Positions 10,601 through 19,341 of a stretch of DNA of 64,000 bases are shown here, piece by piece (the stretch's first letter is position 1; each line of letters begins with the position of its first letter). The notes under the pieces are model-generated. The model worked only from the letters and a program-made list of their open reading frames with translations, did no database searches and was not told where the DNA came from. The position numbers and the translations under genes are program-made. The DNA comes from a phage. Location of the stretch: assembly GCA_027262695.1 (NCBI GenBank), contig GCA_027262695.1_4722.1, one strand, 5' to 3'.

Positions 10601-11363
10601 TGTTGCGTGGTGGCTTAACAGGGGTAACGTATTACGCGATCCCGCAAAGCGTGGCGATGTTCGCCAGGTTCGTTACCTGGTTAACGGGGGGTATAACGGG
10701 CTACGCGATGTTGAGCAACGTTCAGCGTATTGGATTCAAGCTGCTAAAAGCGGTACATTGAAGAAAATGATGGATGAGGTTGCAGGTTCAACCTCAGACG
10801 ATCAAGCTGAAGGTCCGTCTACCGCCAGCCAAGTGAAGAACGAGGAGGCGCAAGAAACCAACAGCACACCAACATCAAGCAACGATCCGCAAGCACCGTC
10901 GGCAACCGCGACGCCTGAAGTCAAACCGTCAGCGGCCTCCGGTACCGCACCGGCACCCGGAACGGCAACACCGACACCAGGAAGTTTCGATACCGCAAAA
11001 GCTGCTGCTGGACAACCAGCGTCAACACCAGCGCCTAGCGAATTACCGTCAAACCCTGGTGCAAATCGAGGAATTTCAGTTCCAAATACACCTGCACAGG
11101 TTGCGCAGTCCGCAACACAAACATCGGCAGCAAGTGAAAACTTCTACGGTAGTGCAGGTGAGATTCTTCGTCAGCAGTTGACCGTGCAACAAAACATCGA
11201 GAAGAACACCGGTAAGACCAACGAACTGATCTCAGAATTGATCCAGGCTGTTAAAGGATCAACGATCGGTAAAGGTTCGACAGGATCTTCTCAACAACAG
11301 ACGATGTCGCTACCTAATCGTCCGCAAGGAATCTCTCCAACACGGACAAGGTACGCGCAGTAG
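4692..11363 (+). CDS. giant virion-associated protein (tape-measure-like) with GH19-family lysozyme/chitinase-like domain
   Basis: 2240-aa ORF; start set at ATG 4692 (GGAGG 5 nt upstream), giving 2223 aa. GH19-like motifs LEHESGN and KYLGRGYIQVTGKANY...SVAWWLNRG (about 10200-10750); Gly/Ala/Leu-rich hydrophobic segment about 8287-8630; Pro/Thr/Ser/Ala-rich tail about 10840-11140. Confidence 0.6.
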   Translation: MVDKTRVEGDDNWDNWDEDFSLDLDFDEPKDDRKPITRYAIGVAKGAAEDLTSYERMKEIARNALPKGYSDGMDLIDSAVGSTKELYNEAVRDILPKVQSSKRLAAQLTKKYRASMPDFSKKIIERWEQEAKEEDERKQAEADLKQRMANAGDEEIARKVAEALGEAANQNADQFAEQQAKESIRDDIADKRYNVTNKQMSAMQEGIAKMVGFNNEFAARYMRKSLELKYRSLAIQRASFDQHKKLAEVYIGLLQNIQKNTALPDAAKAKMSEEFRRTAYQRFFGNALNAMSSFENRFFADVKKNLATNALGALKGVVSGAHDALSGLNEARDSMSMMDGMGSEGDIKEMQGKMLGQLIGSTVAPWMANKGMTALRDLAKRHPNAKFANALKAVDQGGEAAAYTTRNVGKLLQEDLRKNEFNLSDPFYKQFLRGAGRWAFNLDGGRNFRVMNDTAETLAEQTSFDGLTYRSINEVIPGFLARILKSTEGIRTGENDPDYEVYDGISGQFVAQRTREQGVTDTLFNKRSFGYYAGRFNEVISVIDPDKQLSEKARKALAKQLARDSDANMAFDPARYTDESNFDRSIDRDAIKELSAYFKDRYGIRDDVDDEGNRQQVIENRGQYYTERNRADLRYGNLKSLQPDIQRNLNLLKRTGDVQYLERIGIVTRNSDGSYSVNHDRYFSEIDQYIDRPEYADRGDVNTRLSAQQTRALALGYRDDVASNADVQNRALPNLDRTTVGTVNIDENIGYEKWWNDAGVITTSLEDQNRAWQELYLEALQEASHQRETMLELLKAISEKEWGGSGVGRQGEPGGEESDDRSMLGRISDLTLGKAGSYAWKGAKGAAKFGWKWGRKAATWGAKRTWGSFVNSARRIINFNRFVFGALSKVDQVPFDIYVKGEDRPRILAAKLRQGLYFDEATGKAVKRMKDIKGPLVDADGNIVISAEDIEKGLITRAGRAFENSGLKAWAREGINGITTVLSLPRLLKRGATELYKHFDKTPDVYVTGESTPRLLSLVMAAGGYFRKSDGKVIKHLEDIDGDVVDAQGNVILTHADMQKGLVDKYGKKIRRLKEKLINFGVKAFTLPLTLLRKTKDILKNLPTKAMNGLRRMGLNFRLPEEVLIGTTAGMVDRLDAIYQLLDKRMPGGDKDYRDWNGDGVREGSLEDLKRKRAEKEGEKGEGTGKGSGKGEEKEKKKGILGSLFDMLGDTALGKRLMASPLGKILGGLGSILSGGASLTGLLGKGLLKGSGALLRGGLSAAGWLGRGALMAGGAALNAVGGLSGLGAALISPVGLAIAGGALAAYAGWKIYQHFADKPDPMQKLRLIAYGAKGDDKDFNKKLLQTETYLTDHVVMTGDTIGFNPKADSEKILEIWELSLEDTDRMNEWKRWYLHRFIPVFARAFKLWKEHMPDEKKFMEMDDYPNGENKVKWSEAFIWPSDSPDSPYYVEANPLGSAGATLYIAGQDVKKLMESQLEVIRKEYQNQIKKYTHDEAIKDWSKLSDAQRKSVAPNALRGQKASLRFSDNKYNSAGVKGRQKLDATAVVESVDRRGKKWMAGGYIDELTSLRIRAYGLEVPLLSQIKVLMELEDAVEPGVVAEGKGVKYGGNLAELYKKFASKFGRDVNGKQDQNIWFAWMNNRFLPVFLTYYQQVGEMGGQGLLSDVVQNLKDSQRWEIGEALVAAQYKDEKGALQPVWSWNSCGFSGTKANMSSSSTKSQLDLLKEYADKEKVREKNAEASQEDEDKLSKIQEQLMKQAGYEKKDGVWQKKSRITGGMSNAEANYNPNRNEVGRSSFTASATSSAGLGSGGPDITGLPNMGLKKPASGPGPEAGRRAAIKSAVKHGITDPMEMAMFLSNLEHESGNYRYVRELNYTKPDSLKKAFSRKFRDEQDAAQTISMGPEAVFERVYGMRKDLGNTQKGDGAKYLGRGYIQVTGKANYARLSKILNKDLVSDPSYLETPEGAAEGSVAWWLNRGNVLRDPAKRGDVRQVRYLVNGGYNGLRDVEQRSAYWIQAAKSGTLKKMMDEVAGSTSDDQAEGPSTASQVKNEEAQETNSTPTSSNDPQAPSATATPEVKPSAASGTAPAPGTATPTPGSFDTAKAAAGQPASTPAPSELPSNPGANRGISVPNTPAQVAQSATQTSAASENFYGSAGEILRQQLTVQQNIEKNTGKTNELISELIQAVKGSTIGKGSTGSSQQQTMSLPNRPQGISPTRTRYAQ

Positions 11364-11373
11364 TCATTAGTTC

Positions 11374-11395
11374 GGGGTGGGGAATCCCCACCCCC
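11374..11395 (+). terminator. GC-rich hairpin between the two large plus-strand genes
   Basis: GGGGTGGGGA-atc-CCCACCCC stem-loop immediately after stop of 4692..11363. Confidence 0.4.
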
Positions 11396-11412
11396 TTCTT
11401 GAGGAATGGTAC

Positions 11413-13554
11413 ATGGGTATTCTTGTTCAAAACGCCCTCATCACAAAACAAGCCTTTTTATTACCCGGTGACAGCAGCACGCTTAGTGCTGACATGATTA
11501 AAGCGAGACATACACCCTATTCCTACGATAACGTCGATGATACAACACTGGGTGGTAACTGGGTACTTAACCCGCCACCGCAATATACGAAATTTGCTGA
11601 TATCAAAGAACGACGACGTGCGGTTATGCCTGGATCAACGGGCATGGGTCGAGGCTATAGTGAAAGCATCAACAGCTTTAAAGAAGTTGTTACCTTACGA
11701 TTCGGTAAACCGCGCTTTACCGGCGCAGCTATCTTCTTTACTGACTTCTACGACGCGGATGTTGCGGTTACCGTGAAAACCGGTCGCGATCCCGGTATTC
11801 TTTATTACGCCGCCAAAGCGTATACCACCGTGCTTTCTTACCTCACACCGTTACCCTATATCTACATGCTGGGTCGTATCGGTCGATACTTCATGGGCAA
11901 ACCGACCAGCCAGTATTATTATCAAGTACCGACCATGCACGTTTATTGGTCTTCGTTCCAGACGTTGGTCAACCAAGCAGCAATAAACATGGGTATTGTT
12001 GCAGGGATGGGTAAGGACAAAGGGTACGTTGAGGAAGGCGGTACTGTACTCCACCAATTCTCGATTGGTGGTCAGGATGTTGAAGAATTCATCAACTACG
12101 CTTCTAAAACGCTCCCAGGCATTTACAAGAAAGGCGGTGGGATCGATATCTATCAAATTGCAACACGTCGTCAGCGTATACAGAACGCATGGGTTCGACG
12201 TATTCAATCCATGATGGAAAACGATTACGCGTCTTACGAGGAATTCTGGAACGATCTTGATAAACGACTTGATAGCGGCGCGTTTCCATCGGACGTTACC
12301 GGTCGTACGCTAACACAATACCTTGCTGATACACAGAAGTCTGCTGTTTACAGTGCAGCAGCAGGTGATAACAAACAGACGATGGACGACCTGTTATTCG
12401 GAAGGGCTTCCTACAGCAACAAAGATGCTGATGCTAACTTCAATGTCTCTGCTGCCACCTCCGACGGCGGTACGTCAACACATAGTCAAGGTACGACAGC
12501 CAACGTCGGTAATTCAACATCAGGGACCACACAGGCTTCAACTACAGCATCAACGGCTGGAGGTGCGAACGTACAGAGCAAAGGCATCGGGCAAACGAAT
12601 GCGGCTGAAGAAGCGACGTTCCTTGATCTGATGGATGCTGAACTGGCCGATGGTGCTCAGTTTATCAGTTTTCGAGTCGATTCCGTAACCAGTGTAACCG
12701 AAACATTCTCAAACAGTGCATCGGAAAGTTCAATCGCTCAGACGATGAACAGCAAAGCGCAAGCGAACATCGAACGGCGCTTTACGTTGTCAGGTGGTCA
12801 AACCGGTTGGGGTACGCTGGACGCGGCGATAAAGGGTGTGTCGGATACCATCAACGGTGCTATTTCAGGAATGGGTTTGGATGGTATCTTTGGTGCCTTC
12901 ATGGGTTCTGGCTTCGCAGACATTCCAAAGTTCTATTCTGGGTCATCGGTAAGCCTTCCACGTGCAGATCTGACAATGGAATTACGTTCCTGGAGTGGAG
13001 ATCGTTGGTCGATCTTTACGAACCTCATGGTACCGCTTTTAGCGATCCTTGCAGGCGGTTTACCGCAGTCTACCGGTAAATCGTCTTACGGGATGCCATT
13101 CATGTGCGAGTGTTATATTCCTGGTAAGGTCCAGATTAAAATGGGTCTTATTGATAATATCACAGTTACACGCCATGTCGGGAACGTGCCGTCAACACGT
13201 GAACGCTTACCGTTAGGTATTGATGTCAGTTTCAGTGTGTATGACCTGTCGTCGATCGTTGCAATGCCGATCACCACCACAGCAGCATCATTAGCAAAAT
13301 TGGATCCTCGTGGCTTCTTAAGTGATCTTCTTGCTGATGATACGCCGCTGAACAACTATCTTGCTGTGTTATCGGCGTTGACGCTTACCGAACAGGTTTA
13401 CATGGTCCCGGATTTAAGTCGTCGTATGCATAAGACCATGGCTGATATCGATAGTTTCTGGAGCAAAGGTAATTTTGCTAACTGGTTATCGGACACCATG
13501 CCTGGCAGGATAGCATCAGGGCTGTTATGGAAACGTACCGAACGACCGTTCTGA
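11413..13554 (+). CDS. hypothetical virion protein (follows giant protein; Thr/Ser-rich central linker)
   Basis: ORF track 11377..13554; start moved to ATG 11413 (GAGGAA upstream). 713 aa. No recognised catalytic motif. Confidence 0.55.
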   Translation: MGILVQNALITKQAFLLPGDSSTLSADMIKARHTPYSYDNVDDTTLGGNWVLNPPPQYTKFADIKERRRAVMPGSTGMGRGYSESINSFKEVVTLRFGKPRFTGAAIFFTDFYDADVAVTVKTGRDPGILYYAAKAYTTVLSYLTPLPYIYMLGRIGRYFMGKPTSQYYYQVPTMHVYWSSFQTLVNQAAINMGIVAGMGKDKGYVEEGGTVLHQFSIGGQDVEEFINYASKTLPGIYKKGGGIDIYQIATRRQRIQNAWVRRIQSMMENDYASYEEFWNDLDKRLDSGAFPSDVTGRTLTQYLADTQKSAVYSAAAGDNKQTMDDLLFGRASYSNKDADANFNVSAATSDGGTSTHSQGTTANVGNSTSGTTQASTTASTAGGANVQSKGIGQTNAAEEATFLDLMDAELADGAQFISFRVDSVTSVTETFSNSASESSIAQTMNSKAQANIERRFTLSGGQTGWGTLDAAIKGVSDTINGAISGMGLDGIFGAFMGSGFADIPKFYSGSSVSLPRADLTMELRSWSGDRWSIFTNLMVPLLAILAGGLPQSTGKSSYGMPFMCECYIPGKVQIKMGLIDNITVTRHVGNVPSTRERLPLGIDVSFSVYDLSSIVAMPITTTAASLAKLDPRGFLSDLLADDTPLNNYLAVLSALTLTEQVYMVPDLSRRMHKTMADIDSFWSKGNFANWLSDTMPGRIASGLLWKRTERPF

Positions 13555-13570
13555 TATTCGCCGCATAGAA

Positions 13571-13602
13571 CCCTCCTCCAACCCGTAAGGGAAGGAGGAG
13601 GG
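13571..13602. terminator. bidirectional hairpin CCCTCCTCC-AACCCGTAAGGGAA-GGAGGAGGG
   Basis: Perfect 9-bp outer stem with inner CCC/GGG and GTAA loop between convergent genes. Confidence 0.6.
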
Positions 13603-13608
13603 TTTATG

Positions 13609-14676
13609 TTAACCTAACGTCACTGTCGGTAAATCAGAATAAAGTTTCTTCAATCCTGCCATCGTGGTCGTCGTTGTGTAATTCTTACCCACCACAGCAA
13701 GCGATGCGTATTTCTTACTGCGTGAGAAAAGAGAATAAAACCCACTGGAGGTTTCCATCCACATCGTGAGGCGTTCTGCATCCTTACCGTGGTAATTCGT
13801 TTTACCCCATCCTGGTTTAAACGCATCAGCAAAATCAATTAAACGTGACGCTTCAGCGTCGTATTCTTTAAGGGTGATGTACGACGGTATACGGTAATTA
13901 CGAAACAGCAAAGTAATCAGTTCAGGAACCACGCTACGTGCGCGTTCAGCCGTAATAAGTTCGGTGATAACAGCAGCTGTACGGAAATCGCCGTTCTGTC
14001 CAACGCTACTTAATGACTCTGCTAAAGTGGTTGCCATCGCCACTTTATCTTCCGCTGATCCTGAATCATACAAACTACGCACGTCGATATAGTTGCCCGC
14101 TAATGCAGCTTGACGAATCAACGACGTAACAACAGTTTGGTTCGTCTTGTAGTCGTTATAGCTGAACGACGTACGTTCCTTTCCTTGATCAGAAAGATAC
14201 TGATCAACGATCGTAGACAGTTTGTAATACTCATCGCCAGACATCAGACTGTCGAGAAGTTTTACATTACCCTCTTTATCGATAAGCTTCCCTAGCGCAC
14301 CATTAGACTGTTGGTTGATGGTGCTGTAAATCTGATCTTTGACTTGCGATAAGATGTTATCCGTTGATGTGATATTCAAGCCGGTAACATCTTTGATCTT
14401 ATTCATTAACGCGTTTTCATTCAGCGAGATTTTACCGCCGCTGATGTCGATGAAAGAGTTAAGATCACTGATGGAAATCAGGTTTCCTGTTAACGCTGAT
14501 AATGTACTGTTGATGCTGTTCGTAATACTGCTACGAAAACTGGTTAACGCGTCTGCTGCTGAAACAGCGGTACCGCTAACCGCTTTAAGGAGCGTGTCAC
14601 GCCCGGTTGAAAAATCGCTGGTGATAGTTTTGATCTTGGACGTATCTATACTCGGCAGTTTGTCGTAAAGACTCAT
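13609..14676 (-). CDS. hypothetical protein
   Basis: ORF track 13609..14727; start moved to ATG 14676 (MSLYDKLPSI) with AGGAGGA 4 nt upstream. Confidence 0.6.
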   Translation of the reverse strand: MSLYDKLPSIDTSKIKTITSDFSTGRDTLLKAVSGTAVSAADALTSFRSSITNSINSTLSALTGNLISISDLNSFIDISGGKISLNENALMNKIKDVTGLNITSTDNILSQVKDQIYSTINQQSNGALGKLIDKEGNVKLLDSLMSGDEYYKLSTIVDQYLSDQGKERTSFSYNDYKTNQTVVTSLIRQAALAGNYIDVRSLYDSGSAEDKVAMATTLAESLSSVGQNGDFRTAAVITELITAERARSVVPELITLLFRNYRIPSYITLKEYDAEASRLIDFADAFKPGWGKTNYHGKDAERLTMWMETSSGFYSLFSRSKKYASLAVVGKNYTTTTTMAGLKKLYSDLPTVTLG

Positions 14677-14715
14677 CACGTCCTCCTGAAAAAGAAAAAA
14701 GAAATACGGCATAAA

Positions 14716-14741
14716 GCCTACCCACACAATGGTGGGTAGGC
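14716..14741 (-). terminator. hairpin GCCTACCCAC-acaat-GTGGGTAGGC followed on the minus strand by TTTATGCCGT
   Basis: Stem-loop after stop of 14759..15271; motif at 14706-14715. Confidence 0.55.
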
Positions 14742-14758
14742 TAAGATCAACATCGATG

Positions 14759-15271
14759 TTAAACTTCTTCGTTTTCTGAACCTAATGATTCAGCATCTGG
14801 ATCGTCAACAGGAACGGTTGCATCAAAATACCGCTTCGTATGCGTGGTTGTGTACCCTACGCTATCCGTAATGGAAATCGTAAACGTCACTTCCCTTGCA
14901 CGTATTAAACGCAACTTGTTCATGAAGTTCCGAAAAGGCATGGATCCACGATTCAACTCCTTGATGACGTTTCCTCGAATGCTGGAAATGTCTTTATTCG
15001 TTTTATCGGGATGCCGTTTCTTCACGTCACGCATATGTCGGGTGATATACGAATTGAGCTGATTTGCGCCGATCCCTCTCTCCGTATAAATCTGCAACAA
15101 GAACTCCGTCAGGAAATCCTGTCTACCCGTAGGCGTCCAGAAGTTGTTACCGTGGTTATAGTTAGTCGCTCGTCCTCGATTACTTTGAGGATTTTCATCA
15201 TCGCTTTCGTCACGACGCTTAAGCGGATTAATGCGTGCGCGAAAAGAGACTTCGTTATATTTATCTATCAT
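14759..15271 (-). CDS. hypothetical basic protein
   Basis: ORF track 14759..15316; ATG 15271 overlaps stop of upstream gene in ATGA arrangement. Confidence 0.5.
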   Translation of the reverse strand: MIDKYNEVSFRARINPLKRRDESDDENPQSNRGRATNYNHGNNFWTPTGRQDFLTEFLLQIYTERGIGANQLNSYITRHMRDVKKRHPDKTNKDISSIRGNVIKELNRGSMPFRNFMNKLRLIRAREVTFTISITDSVGYTTTHTKRYFDATVPVDDPDAESLGSENEEV

Positions 15272-15783
15272 AGTACACCAGTGTATTGACTGAGTGCGAA
15301 GGTTAGGAGTTCGCAACAGTCTCTCGCTAGTTTCCTTGTTTTGCGTAATCCATAAGCCGCATCCAAATCGTCACGTTCCGCCAGCGCGTCTAACCACGTC
15401 GCAAGTATGCGTCCATACTCGATAACGTCACGCATGAGAACGTCGAACTGGATAACACGACCATCGGCATCAGCAAGCCAACGATTGAATGTAATTTGTG
15501 GTGCTAATATTGCATAGGTTCTCTCCTCTAATGTTATTATGTTTATGTTGCCTTCGTTATCGAACGCTTGATGCCAACGGCGTAGGTCAAGCATCAACGA
15601 CTCAGCATCCATATACCACAACGGTAAATACGTTTTACGTGCAACACGTATATCGTAGATGTTGTGAACCCAGGACGTTGTTTTATAGAGCAACAAGAGT
15701 TCGTTTAACCGTTGCCTATCATCTTGAAACGTCTTCCTTTTATAACGTTGGAAAGCACGCCTCAAGAAAAAGCGATGTAACAT
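15268..15783 (-). CDS. hypothetical protein
   Basis: 171-aa ORF, first gene of a minus-strand operon. Confidence 0.55.
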   Translation of the reverse strand: MLHRFFLRRAFQRYKRKTFQDDRQRLNELLLLYKTTSWVHNIYDIRVARKTYLPLWYMDAESLMLDLRRWHQAFDNEGNINIITLEERTYAILAPQITFNRWLADADGRVIQFDVLMRDVIEYGRILATWLDALAERDDLDAAYGLRKTRKLARDCCELLTFALSQYTGVL

Positions 15784-15851
15784 GGCATCACCTATGTATC
15801 ATTCTTGCAGGTATCAATGATACCGTCACAAGAAGGTAACGTTTTACGTCG

Positions 15852-15875
15852 CCTCCATGACTGTTATCATGGAGG
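15852..15875. promoter_or_regulatory. inverted repeat CCTCCATGA-n6-TCATGGAGG in divergent promoter region
   Basis: Perfect 9-bp arms between minus gene start (15783) and plus gene start (15918); followed by GGTAATATAG. Confidence 0.35.
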
Positions 15876-15917
15876 TAATATAGTCCTGATATTTTTTTCA
15901 ATACGGAGAATAGAATA

Positions 15918-16532
15918 ATGAGCGAATACGGTGTTGTCCCCGTAGATGATGAACCGCAAGAGGCACCCGATAAATTCGAGGTCCGTCTCGATGAAACTCG
16001 TAACATCCGTCAACGATTTATTCAGCGTCTTGAAATGCTGTTAGATAGCGAATTCAAGGAATTTGAGCATAATCCCGGTGCGGATAATAAAGCCATCGTT
16101 GACGTAGAAAACGTCGACCGAATCGGGAAACTATTGCTGAAATCGTTGGGTGATAATGATAAAGTCGACTTAACGCTGAAACGTATTAGTGCTGACCAGG
16201 CCATGAACGACAGCGCATTGAAAACAGCGCAGGCCCTAACCGAAACCATGCTGCGCCGCTTAGGTCAGATGGATCAACATCCTCTCGCAGCAGGGGCTGT
16301 TTATGATGGCGAAGTCGTGCAACCGGTTACACCGGAAGAGCGCGATCGTCGACTTGGTTTTGCGTCGTTGGAAGAATTCGACAGCAAAGAGTTTTCACCG
16401 GGTATTCTCATCCAGGGACGTGTTGAAGAAACCAGCGATGCTTTTTACGCTAGAATGGCTCAACTGACGGCGTCGGTTCGTGAAGAGGTGTCTCAGCAGA
16501 TGACTGCTGAGGACGCACGCGAGGGGGAATAA
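15918..16532 (+). CDS. hypothetical acidic protein
   Basis: 204-aa ORF; AT-rich upstream region with GGAG. Confidence 0.55.
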   Translation: MSEYGVVPVDDEPQEAPDKFEVRLDETRNIRQRFIQRLEMLLDSEFKEFEHNPGADNKAIVDVENVDRIGKLLLKSLGDNDKVDLTLKRISADQAMNDSALKTAQALTETMLRRLGQMDQHPLAAGAVYDGEVVQPVTPEERDRRLGFASLEEFDSKEFSPGILIQGRVEETSDAFYARMAQLTASVREEVSQQMTAEDAREGE

Positions 16533-17229
16533 AATAACTGAACCATTTTATTCCAAAGAACCGCATGAACATCACGGGTGCGTTAGAAAGTTCAATCGCT
16601 TCGTAAAGTTGATCGTAAGCCAGATCGGAGTCAGGAATGGTTTCGCTGATCCGTCTGGCTACCACCAATACGTTACAAATCGGATTATCTTCCAACAGCA
16701 TTTGATTCGGGAGATGCCAACGTTTGAAATCGTAAAAGAACATCGCGTTATACGTTTTACGGATTTCTGCGGGATGCATCGTCGCCGGATGACGGTAGAT
16801 AATCTCGACGATATCTTGCGCACCGAGATACTGTTGAATACCCTCTTTTAACGCAACAGCTGCATCACCGACAAACTCAAACGGGTATGTGTTGACATGA
16901 ACCGAAAAATCCGGCGATGCGATACCGGTTAATCGATCCTTCATGTAATCCGCAACCACATAACACAACCGCCACATTAACTCCGTAGGAATGCATTTAT
17001 CGAGAATGGTTTCGTCAATATTTGCTAACGCGTTCTTAAACTCCTCGTAGGTGTAGTTTACTCCCGCCTGTTTCTCAGGTTCCAGGTTATAGGGCCTGTA
17101 ATGCCATTTCTTTCCCCACTTCCTGATCGCTTCTGGATCCAACGTTGTCGCTACTGCCATCTCAATGTCGAGCAGCGCTTCGAGTTCGACATAAACCGTA
17201 ACATACGCTGCGCTTTCAATCATCATCAC
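16450..17229 (-). CDS. hypothetical protein
   Basis: 259-aa ORF; 3' end overlaps convergent gene 15918..16532 by 83 nt; 5' end overlaps upstream gene by 4 nt. Confidence 0.5.
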   Translation of the reverse strand: MMMIESAAYVTVYVELEALLDIEMAVATTLDPEAIRKWGKKWHYRPYNLEPEKQAGVNYTYEEFKNALANIDETILDKCIPTELMWRLCYVVADYMKDRLTGIASPDFSVHVNTYPFEFVGDAAVALKEGIQQYLGAQDIVEIIYRHPATMHPAEIRKTYNAMFFYDFKRWHLPNQMLLEDNPICNVLVVARRISETIPDSDLAYDQLYEAIELSNAPVMFMRFFGIKWFSYFIPPRVRPQQSSAETPLHEPTPSVEPF

Positions 17230-17927
17230 TCTCCAGTATTACCCGTTAGCATCTGCGCGTCAGGCGACGTTGCCATTTTCTTCTCGTACTCTTTGGTTTG
17301 TTTGAAGACCAACTCACCGATTTCTTCCAGTTCTTCAACGGTGACGGTATGCAAATAGAGTAGCGGAATAATCCAGGTGTTCGCATTAAGCATGTCGCGG
17401 ATATCATCAACGGATGGGAGTTCGGTAAAGAACTGTTCATCAACTGCGAATAAATCCCGTGCGATGCCGTCAACGAGTTTGTGATTGCTTTCATGGATCC
17501 ATGCGAAACTTTCAGCAAGATGTTCCACGAGCATTTTAATATCATCGTCCGTTGAGAACACCGTACGACGAACATGCGTTGTAAGATCCATCGTGAATCC
17601 CATCAGCGAAGGGGTATCCTCAGAACGGAGTTCGCGCCACAAACGAAGCATGTTTTCAGGGATAAACAAATCATGGATAAAGGTGACACTGAACTTCGTC
17701 ACCCAATCTCGAATCGTCGCGCCTTTCGAATACTGTTGCGGCGGGGAATACAAATACACCCAGCGTTTTGTATACGCGATGACTTCCTTTCGCATCATCG
17801 CATCTAAAACAAGCACATAACGATCGGAAGCAAGTTCTTCCAATAAAAGCTCGAACGCCGTATCGCTTTCTGGAGAGAACGATCGTTTGATCTCTGCAAT
17901 ACGTCGTGATAACGAACTACGTAGCAT
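17226..17927 (-). CDS. hypothetical protein
   Basis: 233-aa ORF in operon. Confidence 0.55.
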   Translation of the reverse strand: MLRSSLSRRIAEIKRSFSPESDTAFELLLEELASDRYVLVLDAMMRKEVIAYTKRWVYLYSPPQQYSKGATIRDWVTKFSVTFIHDLFIPENMLRLWRELRSEDTPSLMGFTMDLTTHVRRTVFSTDDDIKMLVEHLAESFAWIHESNHKLVDGIARDLFAVDEQFFTELPSVDDIRDMLNANTWIIPLLYLHTVTVEELEEIGELVFKQTKEYEKKMATSPDAQMLTGNTGE

Positions 17928-17929
17928 GA

Positions 17930-18604
17930 TTAACCCTCGTCGAGATTATTCTGGAGATGCATTGCGGTGAGAATAACGCCAACTGCTGAAACCGATTTTG
18001 CTTTACTGTCTTCCGGAAGCTGTTCCAGACTTACCGTACCGGTTTCTAACAACATGCGGTTCATCGCGTTGAACTTCTTATCGTCACCACCACGCGCCTG
18101 CATCAACTCTCGGTTTACGTTCGGCATCGACCGTCCTAACGTCGCCTGCATTTCTGGCTGGCTCCACGTTGAGCCTTTACTGCCACCCGTCGGCTGGTTG
18201 GTCAACTGGTCTTTGGTGTTGTTGTTTTTCGGGATCGATATTTTAGCACTCAACGTTTCGGCTTGTCGGCGGTTTGGAATCAGGTACAATCTGGTTGGGC
18301 GGTCACGAAGCACCAATTGCCCTGTTTTCTGGTCGGTGAGATAAATGCGCTGGAAGAAGGGGAAACCGTATTTCTTACCAACTTCCAACGCACGTTTTAT
18401 CGTCACCTCGTTTTTGTTCATGTTGGGTACCCAGATGGGTAGAATCTCTTTCTTATCCCGACATAAACGCATATAGGCATCAAACGTCTCATCATCGATT
18501 TCAGCAAAACGTTTTTTGTAAATAGCGTAAGTCGGGCTAGATTCACCCACCAGGTCTTTGATATACCCAAGAATGAATTTTTCTGCTGCAGCGCGGTTGG
18601 ACAT
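17930..18604 (-). CDS. hypothetical protein
   Basis: 224-aa ORF in operon. Confidence 0.55.
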   Translation of the reverse strand: MSNRAAAEKFILGYIKDLVGESSPTYAIYKKRFAEIDDETFDAYMRLCRDKKEILPIWVPNMNKNEVTIKRALEVGKKYGFPFFQRIYLTDQKTGQLVLRDRPTRLYLIPNRRQAETLSAKISIPKNNNTKDQLTNQPTGGSKGSTWSQPEMQATLGRSMPNVNRELMQARGGDDKKFNAMNRMLLETGTVSLEQLPEDSKAKSVSAVGVILTAMHLQNNLDEG

Positions 18605-18613
18605 AAACGTCTC

Positions 18614-18955
18614 CTATTGTCGTGTCTGTTGCGGAAATACCCGAAACACCTGGACAATGATGTTCTTGTCCTCGCGGTTGGCGATGTCGATCATGTGTTT
18701 TGTTCCAGGACTTTTGAAATCCCAGAACGCAATTAGATGCGTAATGACATCACCCATCCACTCATTGCGTCTGAATCCAGCACCTTTACGATAAGGACCA
18801 TCCCAATCGGCAGGAAACGTGGTGTATTTAAACCCGTAATCCTTCGCGTAGCGGCGCACATGCAAATCAGCACCTGAATGCGCACCGCCAGCAATGAGAT
18901 GAACTTTGTCGTGAGGAAGGTTGTGTAACATCTGGTTCATACGCTTTTCGAACAA
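18614..18955 (-). CDS. DUF2493-like (SLOG/DprA-like Rossmann-fold) protein
   Basis: Motifs HLIAGGAHSGAD, FPADWD, KGAGFRRNEWM, AFWDFKSPGTKHMIDIA match the pattern I recall for DUF2493 proteins. Confidence 0.5.
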   Translation of the reverse strand: MFEKRMNQMLHNLPHDKVHLIAGGAHSGADLHVRRYAKDYGFKYTTFPADWDGPYRKGAGFRRNEWMGDVITHLIAFWDFKSPGTKHMIDIANREDKNIIVQVFRVFPQQTRQ

Positions 18956-19008
18956 GGGATAATCATCCCAGTAGCGTGATCCCGATACCCCTACACGATA
19001 GGGTTCGC

Positions 19009-19329
19009 TTATCTTCCACCGCGCAATGACTTTACGTTGCGTGCAATAAACGGTGCAACGTAGTCGCGGAAATTATGGATCCATCCTTTAATGGGTTGGT
19101 TGTCGAGCAAACATTCTCGTACTGAGAATGTGCTGACTTCTAATACGCCAAACTGCAATCGCCAATAACGGTTAATTTCAGCTTGGGTATGTTCTAATGT
19201 CATGTACTCAGGAACACGAGCCAGCAGGTCGTGTTTAAATTGCTCAGCAATCGCTGGTTGATGTGACGCAATTGTCTGCGTGATAACATCAATCAGTTCA
19301 TGCGCGTGCTTGATAGCAGGTGCTGTCAT
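19009..19329 (-). CDS. hypothetical protein
   Basis: 106-aa ORF in operon. Confidence 0.5.
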   Translation of the reverse strand: MTAPAIKHAHELIDVITQTIASHQPAIAEQFKHDLLARVPEYMTLEHTQAEINRYWRLQFGVLEVSTFSVRECLLDNQPIKGWIHNFRDYVAPFIARNVKSLRGGR

Positions 19330-19341
19330 TTATTTAGCCTT

